From assembly GCA_030141605.1 (NCBI GenBank), contig JAQGDQ010000274.1, positions 244,677 to 308,676 of the forward strand: DNA of 64,000 nucleotides, in the 5' to 3' direction. Made by a program: the position numbers and the translations under genes. The DNA is from Tubiluchus corallicola (lineage: Eukaryota; Animalia; Priapulida). This document shows positions 12,705-25,649 of this stretch, in pieces. The notes below the pieces were generated by a model. It had not been told where the DNA came from, did no database searches, and saw nothing but the letters and a program-made list of their open reading frames with translations. Every line of letters starts with the position of its first letter. Within the stretch, counting starts at the first letter, position 1.

Positions 12705-13275
12705 TAAAGTAAAGAAGTCACTCAGCATGTTGGGTTTATTTTACTATTATGCTTCAACTTAGAAAAATATAACAAAGAGATTTGCAAAGAACTGCCTATA
12801 AAGCATAAATTTACAATAAACTACCCCTGAATAGAAATTTTCAGGCATGGTAGTCGCCGCCATTCTGAAAATCATGACTTAACTGGGAGACTTCGTGGCT
12901 TTCCGTAAACGTTCGGCAGCTCATGCGTGAACACAACAGTAAATCTAGAATTTGAAATTTATCTATTTTCATCTTAAAACTTGCCTAGTTTTAGTACAAC
13001 ACACTGAATATCTTACAGTAGCAATATACTTCAATTTTCGATTTCGCTTGCGGAATATTTTTCTTGTTGAAAATTATGTTAGTTTGTGATGTCGTCAATA
13101 GTTGGGCTCACCCACCGTTAATTAAGTCTTAATCTATTATTTAATTATCAGAAACGCTTCTGCAGTATTAAATGCATTAAAATGTTTACGTTTTATACAT
13201 TTTAATTCGGATACATTTTAATATATCGGATTTGAAAATGGCGTAGCACATGAAAAATCATCCAGTCTTCCTTTA
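12705..13275. mobile_element. Kolobok-like non-autonomous element (chimera of families B and C)
   Basis: 5' half matches 27480-28040, 39030-39595 and 45203-45888. 3' half matches 26780-27170 and 30785-31386. Ends in tcttcct|TTAA. Confidence 0.55.
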
Positions 13276-13348
13276 ACGACCTTGCAGAAAGAGACGGTAT
13301 ATATCAGACGTTTTTACTAACAATAATTGTTTTCTTTACATATTACAG

Positions 13349-13675
13349 GTGTTCATTGCGTAAATGACAATATATGGACGGCACCAACATTTTTTCACGA
13401 ACCCCCCTCCTCTGTGATATTCACAAACGATACAGGGGCGAGTGTGCCCTGCTCTGTAAGGGGAAACCCACAACCGGTCATTGAATGGAGAAATAGGTTC
13501 GGAAGTGCTCTAAGAAATGTGACGGAGCTTCGCTCCATATACAGCAATGGAACTCTTCGCTTGCATCCCTTCAAGAAAGATTTGTATGATGCCAATGTTC
13601 ACGCCACTGTTTACGTTTGTTTCGCGAAAAATAGCAATGGAGTCGTACGCAGCCGCAACATCACTGTGCACGCAC
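13349..13675 (+). CDS. Dscam: Dscam exon, Ig1
   Basis: APTFFHEPPSSVIFTNDTGASVPC...VHATVYVCFAKNSNGVVRSRNITVHA; acceptor tacag, donor gtaagt. Confidence 0.93.
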
Positions 13676-14039
13676 GTAAGTAGATTTAAGATTAATGTTA
13701 TAACACGTTTTCATTTAGTAAAAATTTAAAAATTATTAATTCAAATTTAAAACTGTAAAGCTACGACTCCGTGTGCCCGTAATGCGTGATCCGTAATGCG
13801 TATTCAGACGATAGCCCTCGCGTTCGATTGAATACGTATCACGCATCACGCATTACGGATGACGCATTAGGTACACATGGAAACACTTCGACGTGTTTAA
13901 ATATAAACTGCTGTATACGGATCGCGCATTACAGATTACGCGTCACGCATTACGTGCACATGGAGTTGTACCTTCAGTTTAAAAAATCCCCGCAAAACCT
14001 GCTAGAAAGACAAAAGTGAAATATAGTTCATTGTTCCTG

Positions 14040-14805
14040 TTACACAGTCAGAAGATGAATTCTTGCAACTCTCTCCACCAATGCTTACATGATCTCTAAG
14101 CGTATTCAAACTGGAATTAAAAACATTAAGGAAGTTTAACATTAATCGTAAACATTATTCATATGGCACGGGACTCGACTCTGTCCATCACGCACGCATG
14201 CGCATTGGGTTTAGTCAGTTAAATGGTGATTTGTTTCTGAAAGGCTGCACCGTTTCTGATGGTCTACTTGTCTCCCCAAATTGTGGTCGTGGTGAATATT
14301 TTGAAAACGTTTTTTCCTAGAATGCCCTCATTATTAGCACGCCAGAGATGCTATGTTCAGTCAATTAAATAGCATACTATTGCCTTTAAATATCAATCTT
14401 TTACAATATAGTAATAGTGAACTTTTGTCATTGTACGTATGTGGAAGTGATGATTTTAATATTGCTGTTAACAGTAAAATTTTTGATTGCGTCCAAAATT
14501 ACATTACGAGAACTAAACTTTTTAATGTGAACAAACATTAGGATTTCTTTTGTGTACTTAGGGTATATTTTAAGATAGTTTTTGTTATTATTTACTTGTT
14601 ATATTATTGATTCCGTCATATCTGCTAACTTTCTATGTATGTGTCTTTGTTTATAAGTATTTGTATGTATGTATATCTATGTCTGAATTTATTTCTATTT
14701 AAATTAATTTTTTCTGCACTTCTGCTTGTACATATTTTTACATGATGAGGATTCGTGTATCAGTTTTAAAAAAGTCTAATCTAAACCAAATAAACTGTTT
14801 AAACT
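14040..14805 (+). mobile_element. Degenerate LINE 3' end with tail
   Basis: HARMRIGFSQLN...FLECPHY...NSKIFDCVQNYITRTKLF. A similar fragment and tail occur at ~41370-41860. Confidence 0.6.
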
Positions 14806-16439
14806 CGTGAAAAGATCAAAAATCCTTTTTGTAGAACTCTGTCCAAATATTGATCGTTTAAAAGCCAGCAAAAGTTCATACGAGAAGGCACCGTTGGAGC
14901 TACCGTAGGCCTACGTTCTTAATTGATTTCGACTTCAATTGTAGAGTTCGTCTTGCAAAATTTCGCCTAAACAGTCATTTATTCAAACTCTTGTAACCTC
15001 TAGAAATCTTTTCAATGGGTAGAGTGACGTAAGAGAAAACTTTGTGGATCGTTTAGTGTAGTGGTGTTGCGGTGTGAATAACTTAGAACGAATCTTTACT
15101 AAACAGCATGAATAACACGTTGACATTACTAACAAAACTAATATTTTATTTATTGTTTTTTTATTTAAAGTTCATTTCAGCACATAAAAATGCCATATAA
15201 AAGTTGGAAATTTACACTAAAAGCTGAGAAATAATTTAATAAACAAATGTTAGAAACAACTATATGTACTGCTGTAATAACTTAATAACTGTAATACTAC
15301 ACTAATTGTATTAATTACACATGTATTGGATTTCTGAATTAAGTAGCAACATTGTACATTACAATGTACAACTTGTACTTTGCATAGGTTTATAGGCTTA
15401 TGTAAATCGAGAATCGTTTCTGTTATCGTATCTATTGTATGGATTTTGTAAATTTTAATTAAGTATTAACTAATGAACTAGTCGTATTTTTGAATTAACT
15501 ATTTTGAGTTATTACGTACTCGAACTAACTAATTGTATATTTCATCACTGCACATAGTGGAAATATTGTAATCAGTAACAGTTACAGTATTGTAAATGCA
15601 CTCAAAATAAATAAAGTTTATATATAAGAATGCTACACGTCATGTACTATTAAAAACTAGGAAATTTACAAAAATGTAAAATATATATATAGAATTTAAA
15701 ACCACAAAGCATCAGTGAAAGAAGCCACTGTTACTACATCAATAAATCAAGCCATCTTCTAAATATTCTACTATAAAATCACACATCAGTTTGGTGGCAA
15801 TTTGGTGTTATAAGATGACATTTGTACTTAAGAGAATTTCATTAATTAAGTAATTAGTAACGTTAAAGAACAACTATAGAGGAAGTATAGTCGCATTGCG
15901 GGACTGAAGGACACCAAGCTATCCTGGAATTCCAGCCCACTGACTCCCGAAATTCCAGCCCTCTGACTCCCGAGACAAGTCGAATTCAGACCAATATGTA
16001 TTTTTACAGTGAGGCTTAATTTTATTACGATTACTAGATGGAATTTGCTTTACTTGAAGAGTAATTCGAATGAGAAACTCGAAAACTAACAAACCTATAC
16101 CAAAGAATCGCCTTTCATTACCTCTTAATATAAACAACTTTGACCCACAATTGAAAATTTCAGTTTTTCTTTCTAGTAGTTCTCTACTAAGTTATGAACA
16201 GAACGCAATCGTATTTGTCCTGTCACAGCAATATATTGGTTCATCTAATCGTTTTATTTATCCTAATTAACAACTGGAATAGATATGTATATTTTGTGAT
16301 AGATTTGTTTTTCCTGTCAAACTGCACTCCTGCAAATCTTGCAGCCTGAGGCACTTTGGTGAGCATTTGTTAGCTGTTTGCCAAAGACATTTATTTCAAA
16401 CAAATGTTTATAAAAAATTGCTTTACAATGCATTGTAAT

Positions 16440-17153
16440 GTTATAATAACTCTAGTGTTATATTATTACAATAATGTATACTCTAGTGTTATATCATTAC
16501 AATAATGCATACTCTAGTGTTATATCGTTACAATAATGCATAGTCTAGTGTTATATCGTTACAATCATGCATACTCTAGTGTTATATCATTACAATAATG
16601 CATACTCTAGTGTTATATCATTACAATAATGCATTCTCTAGTGTTATATCATTACAATAATGCATACTCTAGTGTTATATCATTACAATAATGCATACTC
16701 TAGTGTTATATCATTACAATAATGCATACTCTAGTGTTATATCGTTACAATATTGCGCACTCTAGTGTTATATCATTACAATAATGCATACTCCAGTGTT
16801 ATATCATTATAATAGTGCGTACTCTAGTGTTATATCGTTACAATATTGCGTACTCTAGTGTTATATCATTACAATAATGCATACTCCAGTGTTATATCAT
16901 TATAATAGTGCGTACTCTAGTGTTATATCATTACAATAATGCATACTCCAGTGTTATATCATTATAATAATGCGTACTCTAGTGTTATATCATTACAATA
17001 ATGCATACTCTAGTGTTATACCATTACAATAATGCATACTCCAGTGTTATACCATTACAATAATGCATACTCCAGTGTTATACCATTACAATAATGCATA
17101 CTCTAGTGTTATACCATTACAATAATGCATACTCCAGTGTTAAATCATTACAG
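16440..17153. repeat. 31-bp minisatellite (actctagtgttatatcattacaataatgcat), ~23 copies, ending at the Ig2a splice acceptor
   Basis: Tandem array whose last unit reads ...taaatcattacAG|taacc. Confidence 0.92.
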
Positions 17154-17300
17154 TAACCAGACAAGCTTACGATGTAGCGGTGAACGACAAAGATGCTATT
17201 AGGGGAAACACAGCGGTGCTAAAGTGTGAGATTCCCACGTTTATAAAGCCTTATATACAAGTAGATTACTGGTTGCGAGATTCGCTTAAGCTCAGACCAG
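17154..17300 (+). CDS. Dscam: Dscam exon, Ig2 N-half
   Basis: TRQAYDVAVNDKDAIRGNTAVLKCEIPTFIKPYIQVDYW; donor gtgagt. Not in the ORF track. Confidence 0.92.
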
Positions 17301-17909
17301 GTGAGTCAGATGTGCTTACTGAATAGCTTTCGGGTATTATGACTCCCTTGTTGATGCTTGAGGATTAGACTACAGCTATGAAATTGGACGGTGTAAGAAT
17401 TTTGCAATAAGCCTCCTCGCAGTTCCATCGATTGATGACGATCGTGAAAAGGTTAAGTGTTCCAGAGAACGCATTTGTGTACACTTGGCAACGCCTGGTA
17501 GCCCATGCTGTTGTAATAGTAGCAGTTTTAACAGCTAGCTAGAGCCTTACCTAGTTCCGATAGCTGCTAAAACTGCTACTATTACAACAGCGTGGACTGC
17601 GAGGCATTGTCAAGTGTACACAAATGCGTTGTCTTGTACACTTAACCTTTGACCTTTTCACGATCATCACAAATCGCTCGAACACTTATTGCACTGAAAA
17701 ACACTTGCTGAACTTGGAGACCCTAGTAGGCTTTGGCTTCTAAACGATTTTGAAACCCTCCATTCTCCACTTTTGGCCCATTTGCCTTTCAGTGTAAAAA
17801 TATTTACTGTTAATATTGAAGCAAAAGCTCTAACAAACTTATATATAATATCTATGTTTATATTTTTTACATTTTAAGTTCATTTCAATAAACGTGTTGC
17901 TCATTTCAG

Positions 17910-18059
17910 GCAATAAAATAAGTATATTCCCCACTGGAGAATTACATATTAGAAACGTGACAGACGAAGATGTGAGGTATTCTTACACATGCGTTACGAA
18001 AAACATCATTACTGATCAGAAGACAACCAGTATAAGATCAGGAAGATTGAGATTAAGAG
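17910..18059 (+). CDS. Dscam: Dscam exon, Ig2 C-half
   Basis: IFPTGELHIRNV...YSYTCVTKNIIT...GRLRL; tttcag acceptor, gtgag donor. Confidence 0.92.
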
Positions 18060-18134
18060 GTGAGATTACAAAATTTAATTAAAATAATACAGTCAACCTC
18101 GGGTATAAGGTGCTCGCTTATAAGGAACATTCGC

Positions 18135-18780
18135 TTTGTGTGTGCTAGGTGACTTGTTACTTTGTTATTCTAGTGTCTTATTTTGTGACTTTTGTGTGTT
18201 CTAGATGACTTGTTACAGTGTTATTCTAGGTGTCCTACTTTGTGACATTGCGTGTGCTAGATGACTTTTTACAGTGTTATTCTAGGTGTCCTACTTTGTG
18301 ACTTTGCGTGTGCTAGATGACGTGTTACAGTGTTATTCTAGGTGTCCTATTTTGTGACTTTTGTGCGTGCTACATGATTTGTTACAGTGTTATTCTAGAG
18401 TCCTATTTTGTCACCTTTGTGCGTGCTAGATGACGTGTTACAGTATTGATCTAGTGTACTATTTTGTGACTTTTGTGCGTGCTAGATGACTTGTTACAGT
18501 GTTATTCTAGAGTCCTATTTTGTGACTTTTTTGTGTGCTAGATGACTTGTTACAGTGTTATTCTAGTTTCCTATTTTGTGACTTTTGTGTATGCTAGACG
18601 ACTTGTTACAGTGTTATTCTAGGTGTCCAATTTTGTGACTTTGCGTGTGCTAGATGACTTGTTACAGTGTTATTCTAGGTGTTCTATTTTGTGACTTTTG
18701 TGTGTGCTAGATGACTTGTTACAGTGTTATTCTAGGTGTCCTATTTTACGACTTTTGTGTGTGCTAGATGACTTGTTACA
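18135..18780. repeat. ~57-bp minisatellite, ~11 copies
   Basis: Unit gtgctagatgacttgttacagtgttattctaggtgtcctattttgtgacttttgt. Confidence 0.9.
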
Positions 18781-19240
18781 AGAAACATATGCAGTTAGTT
18801 CATAAACAATTCATTACTAATTAAAAAACATTTGTAATTAAGTGTATTTTATTAGTTAAGTAATTAATTACATTAAAGAAAAACTATACAAAATGGATCA
18901 TCATAATGCGGAATTTAAAGACTATCATGCCATCCTGGAATTCGACCCGCTGACTCCCAAGCGAAGTCGAATTCAGTCCAATATTGTTTAGATTCCGTTT
19001 CCGGTTTAACTGCTTGAAACCACGGCTGAGTTGGAAACATCTTGTCATTCAGCCCGTTATTATTCATGGCATAAACTTACTATTACTGTGTGACCTACAC
19101 ACTAATATTACGCATTTTAACATGTAATTTTCCTTTAATGGTTTATTTAAGGGTGATAAATTGTGCTTGTATCATTAAACCCACCACAGATCTATCAGAT
19201 TGATAATGAGCAATCAGTTGCATAACAAATTGCTTGTAAA

Positions 19241-19966
19241 CGCAGTAACTATGTATTTTATAACTTGCAGTTGATTAAATTTAGGACATCAATGACAAAT
19301 TAAGGACGTATAAAATCAATTAAACAGGGTAATGCTTATGTGATATTGTGCATAAGTGTGTAGGTATTGAACATACACTAGTTTAGTATGAGCAATACTG
19401 AAGTAGAATTATCTAAGATAATTGGTTTTGGGTCACAAACTAAACTTGCTAGAAAATTCGAAAATTTGGGCTTGCCATACTTTAGTGGCCTGAAACAGTC
19501 TTGTAAAGAAATTATTTTTCAGTTTTCAATCGAAAAATTATTATACACATACTTATACTTATATTATAGATAAGTATAAGATTAAATATAAGTATAAGTA
19601 TGCCTATAAGTATAAGTATACATATTACACAAGTATACTTATAGTTTTACAGGAGTGTATCACTTATACAAAATATCACATAAGCATTACCCAGTTTAAA
19701 TGATTTTATACGTCCTTAATTTGTCGTTGATGTTCTAAATTTAATCAACTGCAAGTAATAAAATACATAGGTACTGCGTATATACACAATATCCACTCTC
19801 TTATATACAATACTTATATACAAGATTGACAACTAAAAAATAATGTCTTTACAAGACTGTTTCCAGCACTAAAGTATGGCAAGCCGCGATTTTTCGAATC
19901 TTCTAGCGAGTTTAGTTGGCGACCTAAAACCAGTTATTCCAGATAATTCTACCTTAGTATTGCTCA
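19241..19966. repeat. Two interleaved inverted-repeat pairs (A-B-A'-B')
   Basis: 19241-19358 is the reverse complement of 19661-19778, and 19389-19531 is the reverse complement of 19824-19966, both imperfect. Confidence 0.85.
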
Positions 19967-20419
19967 TGCGCAAGAACTGTTGGAAAATTGTAGTCTTTTG
20001 AAGAAGCATAATGTGTGTAATTCGCTTAAAAACAGTGATAGATAATAAACTCGCAGAGGACCCCAGCAGGTAAAAGTTTATCCAGATGCTAGTTTTATCA
20101 ATTAAACCACTAATAATGCAAAGATGTTAGACAAATTCCACTCTTATGTGTATCAATTGGCCTAATTACCAATTTTCAAAACAATAATAATCATAATTCT
20201 TAGCTAAAACACCACAACTTTATTAAAACTTTTAATTTACACAGTTAAAAATCATGTCAAACGTTTTGACGGAGCCACTGCTGTCATCATCACTGGTAAA
20301 TTTTTACAAACATCCAAACATAGATAGATTATTATAGATTTATATTCATATATTAGAGCAAATGTATAAATACAATTTTATAAAACGCCTATAGAAATGA
20401 CACTTTAAAGTGAAGGAGC

Positions 20420-20960
20420 CTAATTAGTTTTCTACCTGTTTTAGATTTCTGAGTTTCTGTTGTTTTCCTTAAGAGGGAAAAAAGGACAATTTTAAAGTAC
20501 ATAGCAAAAATTTTCTACAAAGTTATATTCATTACGTTTATCTGCTTGAAAGACTTATGTAACTGGAAAAGAAAATTCGTGGTAATTTGAAACGTTCGCG
20601 CCAACTGGTAAAATGTTGGTGACCCACCTTCCCAGTGTGCACCACTGGCTCACCAAAAACATGGTTTTAATCTTACTGACAAGATATAGTAATTTAAACT
20701 TTTGTTTGGGTTAAAAGAGTGCGCTGCGAATACGCTGGCTATTTTTTCAAACACGCAATCTTATCAAAACTTGTTTCAAATGACCTATCATCAAAATGGC
20801 TGCGCCTAACTGTCATCGCGGGAGTTTAATTAAAAAAATCTATACAGCGTTACTACCAGTGCAACCTTTGTGCGCCGCAGGGCAGTATGTAGATGATTTT
20901 CAAAATTCCAAGACGATTTTTTTTAATTTTCATGTAAGTAAAAGGTTTTTTGTGCTTGAT
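20420..20960 (+). mobile_element. Dispersed repeat family E (copies also at ~40700-41345 minus and ~58725-59430 plus)
   Basis: Shared blocks ccagggtgcaccac, tcaaatgacytatc.tyaaaatggctgcg and aaaattccaagacga. Confidence 0.65.
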
Positions 20961-21061
20961 TTTGATTTTTGATTTTGATTTAACTCTTTATTGCGAACTA
21001 GGTTCATAGAATACATAACATACAATAGTAACAAGATATACAATAATCATAACCCCTCCTC

Positions 21062-21525
21062 TCAACACATACAAATTAATACATAAATAAATAAAATAAC
21101 AGAACTGAAATCCCCGACACAACGAACATAGCTAAACTCTGTAGTTTCAATAATAGAGGCGAGAGTGCCTAGACAATGCCTAAATTCATCAAAATTATTA
21201 TCAGCTTCATAGGGAAAGTAAACATTAATTAATACAAGTGGCATTAACTTATCAAGAAATGAAAGGGAAATACCCATTACTCTGCATTCGTCATCATAGG
21301 TAAGTATTTTACTAGTAACAGGAAGACTTTTTCGCCATAAGATAGCCAAGCTTCCTTGTGGTCTACCATCTGGTGTTCCTGCAGAGAAATCGGTTGGTGA
21401 AACTCCATAGAATTCTGGATAAATGCATGATAGGTGTTCTAGCTCTTGTTTAGGCAACATCGTTTCTTGCAAAAGTAGCACATCACTAGATTTGCACAGT
21501 TCCTGTAGTACGTTCTTGAAACTGA
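21062..21525 (-). mobile_element. LINE apurinic-endonuclease (APE) domain fragment
   Basis: DVLLLQET...GRPQGSLAILWRKSL...INVYFPYE...VGDF are typical non-LTR endonuclease motifs. Truncated, with no RT. Confidence 0.8.
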
Positions 21526-21545
21526 ACTCTTCTTTCTGTTTCTAG

Positions 21546-21836
21546 AGGTGGTCAGTCTACGACCCACAATTATAGATATTCAGCAACGGATTCATGCAAA
21601 ATCAGGAGACACGATCGAGATACCCTGTGCCGCAGAAGGGGTGCCAATTCCGTCGTATAGGTGGTACAGTCAAAAGAGGGGCATATCACGAAGGGTGGGT
21701 AGCAGCGAAAGAGTTAGGACTCTATCGGGAAGCCTTATTTTAAGAGATGTAGGTCTAGATGATGCAGGTGGCTACATGTGTGAAGCCAAAAATAGGATTG
21801 GAACAGCAAGAGCTACGGTGGAGCTTGTTGTTTCAG
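21546..21836 (+). CDS. Dscam: Dscam exon, Ig3
   Basis: IPCAAEGVPIPSYRW...DAGGYMCEAKNRIG; ttctag acceptor, gtaaga donor. Confidence 0.93.
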
Positions 21837-21854
21837 GTAAGATGACAGAGAGTT

Positions 21855-22240
21855 TCTTTTTACAGTTCCAGCGATTGATGATGATCGTTAAAAGCTCAAA
21901 GGTTAAGTGTACCAGACAACGCATTTGTGTACACTTGACAACGCCTCGCAGTCCATGCTGTTGTAATAGTAACAGTTTTAACAGCTAGCTAGAACCTTAC
22001 CTAGTTCATTTTTACTTGTTCCCAAGCAAGATCCTGCTAGTAAATCACCTTACGCACAGACTCATGTATAATTTAGTAAAGTCCACGTAAGACAACTGAC
22101 CTCACTGAACTGATGTTGCAGACGGCTTTGTTTTATACACACGTCGCGTGACGGTTGTACTTAAGATGTGTTGCTGTTGTACACTTAACCTTTGACCTGC
22201 AACAACTGCGCGTGCGCCCAACGAAACTGTGAAAAGGCTT
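21855..22240 (+). mobile_element. MITE family A copy
   Basis: Matches the TIR-bounded copy at 63507-63868. Confidence 0.75.
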
Positions 22241-23308
22241 AATGAAACGCTCGAACAGAACATTTGTAATTAGATCAAGCCGTGCACCTGTTTCAAAACC
22301 TTTTTCAAGTTTAGACTACAATTTGCTATGGCTTTTGTAATTTTGCTCTTAAACATAGACAGTAAGATCAGAAAATTAGTTTTGGATGAAATAAATACAA
22401 CTGAAAGAGGAAGGAAAATATGTCTTCCCTTCATCCTTCCCTTTTCTCTAGTACTTTTATTGTAGTTTTATGTGTATGTATATTGTATTCTATATTAATA
22501 TGTGCAAATTTTAAAACAAAATTGGGACAAATACCCACTATGGAACGAACTCTGTAATCAAGCAAGCAATTCTAATTTGTAATTCGCTATCATTACAGGG
22601 TAAACAAATCAGGTTCCTACCAGCATTTAAAACAAAATTAAAATTATTAATATTAACCAGATATGAAATACCATCACACCGGTACGACAACATACACACT
22701 AATTCAGAATTCCTTTATCCACGGCCGTATTAATTAAATCATAATTTTTAATTCTTGTGAATAATTGTAAATACGTTTCGTTACTGCGCCGTAGTTTAGA
22801 TTGCACTGACACATTTGCGTTTAGCAGTGTAAGTTTTTATTAACTAACACTGAGTGATAACCTCTGTAAAGTTTTTATTTAGTGAGTATAAATGTATTTT
22901 AATGGCAAATAAAGATTATATATATGTATTAATATACTACATAGTAATAATATTACACATACCTATATGCATATAATATAATAGTTTTTTTAACTCATTG
23001 AATAAATACATAGTTTCAAAGTTGAAAATTAATCACTGATCAGTGGTAACGTTTTGTCTGTCCAAGACGACTGTGGTAAAGTAAAATTTATTACATATCA
23101 TTACATAATAATTACGTACTACTTAATTACATAATTACATATTATTATATAGTAATTACATACTACATAATTACATTATTACATATTATTACATAATAAT
23201 TACGTACAACATAATTACATTATTACATATTATTATATAGTAATTGCATACTACATAATTGCATTATTACATATTATTACATAATAATATTTCTACGTTT
23301 TCCCGTAG

Positions 23309-23578
23309 AAAGTTTAAAAGTATCGCTTACACCATCAGTGGTTGAAGTAAATGAGGGAGAGAGAGTCACCTTTACGTGCCAAGCCTCGGGTTATCCAATA
23401 AACAGTTTGTACTTGTACAAAAACGGTGTCAAACTTTACGAAGAAGCCCACGTATTATCAGGAGCAGCTAAGCGACTTCAGATAGAGTCGGCGAAGTGGG
23501 ATGATCGCGCGGTGTATCAATGCTTCATCGAAAATCAGTATGAGACGGTGACTGATGCTGCCACGCTTAAACTTGGTG
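23309..23578 (+). CDS. Dscam: Dscam exon, Ig4
   Basis: VTFTCQASGYPI...DRAVYQCFIENQYE...LKLG; cgtag acceptor, gtaaga donor. Confidence 0.93.
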
Positions 23579-23694
23579 GTAAGATCTCTGGTTGTTACAA
23601 TGTGCAGATAATAAGACTAAATTAAGATTTAATATTGATTCACATTTGATACCTGACATTTTATTGAAACTGGTTTAAGTTTTATGTTTTAACC

Positions 23695-24000
23695 ATTCAC
23701 TAAGCGTTTGTAGAGAAGGCAACACTTGATTAGACTATATGGAGATGTGTGGTGCAGTGATATGATAAATGATTTAAACATTCGCTAAGCATTTGTGGAG
23801 AAGGCAACACTTGATTAGACTATATGGAGATGTGTGGTGCAGTGAAATGATAAATGTTTTAAACATTCGCTAAGCATTTGTGGAGAAGGCAACACTTGAT
23901 TAGACTATATGGAGGTGTGTGGTGCAGTGAAATGATAAATGTTTTAAACATTCGCTAAGCATTTGTAGAGAAGGCAACACTTAGTTAGACTATATGGACG
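23695..24000. repeat. ~84-bp tandem repeat, ~3.5 copies
   Basis: Unit cattcgctaagcatttgtggagaaggcaacacttgattagactatatgg... Confidence 0.88.
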
Positions 24001-24206
24001 TTTGCACTGTAGATATATATACAGGTGGGAACTAATAATTATACTATTATCCCAGAGGGGAAGTTTTTGAAAATGAAAAACATCAACAAATCATGATTGA
24101 TTGATCCAGTCATACGTTTCAAGTCAATATTTGAATATGGACAGTGAGTTTAGATGAAAAAAAAATCTGAAAAGGTGGCTTGTATAATCGATAAATTCTT
24201 TTACAG

Positions 24207-24506
24207 CTGCCCCCGCTATTTTCGGATCAGTTTTTCAACAAACCACCGTCTATCCCGGGGAAAACGTCTCTTTGGCTTGCGAAAGTTTTGGGAATCCTTT
24301 GCCAGTCGTCACTTGGACACTAGATGGCGAGTCAGTCGTCGACTTTAAACGCAGATTCGTGGTTCAAACGACGCATCAAAATGTTGGAACTACAAGGAGT
24401 CTGTTGAATATTTACAATGTCCATGTTGAGGATGGTGGCGTGGTCACGTGTACAGCAGCTAACCAGCATGGAAATACGTCTCATGCTGCTAAAATGAATA
24501 TTTACG
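24207..24506 (+). CDS. Dscam: Dscam exon, Ig5 (followed by a GC donor)
   Basis: PGENVSLACESFGNPLPVVTW...VEDGGVVTCTAAN...MNIY G|gcaagt. Confidence 0.92.
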
Positions 24507-24694
24507 GCAAGTTATTAAAACTGATACCCGCATTGTTGTTTTGGTATTGGCTATCACAATGAGGCATCGGGCATTTGCATTGTTTTTTTCTATAGGGGAA
24601 CGGAAGTCATTATCCACTGATCCGTAGTCATCTGTTCATCCACCCTCACGGCAGTATTATCACATTTTCGGGTTCCCTAAACTAAAGAAATTAT

Positions 24695-25070
24695 CCCCCC
24701 GCCAAGCGGAGCCACCCTCTAATTTGCTCACACTCGTCTCCAATATTTTCTACTTGTGATATATTTTAGAAAAATTCGCATAGTTGGGGCCCCGTTTTTC
24801 AAATAAAGAGCTTCAAAGAGGGGCCTTTATCTTAAATAAAGGGCTTCAAAGAGGGCCCTTTGTCTCAAATAAAAGGCTTCAAACAAGGATCCTTTGTCAC
24901 AAATGAGAAGCCACTTTAAAATTGGATTTTCAGACTTCCTGGCCACATTTTTTAAAGTTGAAATTTTATTTTAAAGTTATATAAATTGTTCACAATAGAA
25001 AGTATAGGCCGCCCAACTATAGGGCCCTAGGCTGTAGCCTATACTAAGCTATAGGGTAATCCAGTCCTGC
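24695..25070 (+). mobile_element. hAT-like MITE family F (carries the satellite monomer); other copies at ~8563-8770 and ~42800-43182
   Basis: Shared gccaccctctaatttgctc...aaacaagggycctttgtc and right end taatccagycctg. Confidence 0.6.
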
Positions 25071-25328
25071 TTACCCTGACTCCTGACAGAACAGTCTAAT
25101 GTCCATGAGTGTGTATGGCTAATTGTCCACATTTGACGACTACTTCTCATTGGGTCCTTGAGTTAAGAACATCTTTCTGTCGAATAAAATCCACCTAAGA
25201 AACCCGAGCGCTGCTAAATACTGATGTCTTTCCACTCTGCTTTTGAAATTTTATGAGATTTTGGGATGCTAAGGACTAAGGTTATGAATAGTGAATATTG
25301 ATTAATGATTATTTATCGAATATTTTAG

Positions 25329-25439
25329 GTGCGCCCTTCATTAAACCAACGGCAAACATTACCGCAATTGATAATACAAATTTGACCGTCAGGTGTCGTG
25401 TGAGTGGTTATCCAATCAAGTCTATTACGTGGGAAAAAG
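25329..25439 (+). CDS. Dscam: Dscam exon, Ig6 N-half
   Basis: GAPFIKPTANITA...CRVSGYPIKSITWEK. Confidence 0.92.
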
Positions 25440-25649
25440 GTAGGTCATTTCGATCATTTCGGTTTGTGTTTCCAGGTTTATAAGTGGAAGGCAAATTTGA
25501 TTATTTGTAATAACACTTATGAGCTTTCGTGAAGCAGAAATGACTAATTGCCTTCTGTGTTTTGTCAATAGTACAAGAGTCAGTTTAGTCGTCATTATTA
25601 TCACCGTCATCGTTCTTATCACGGTGCCATTCTACATGACTAACCCAAA

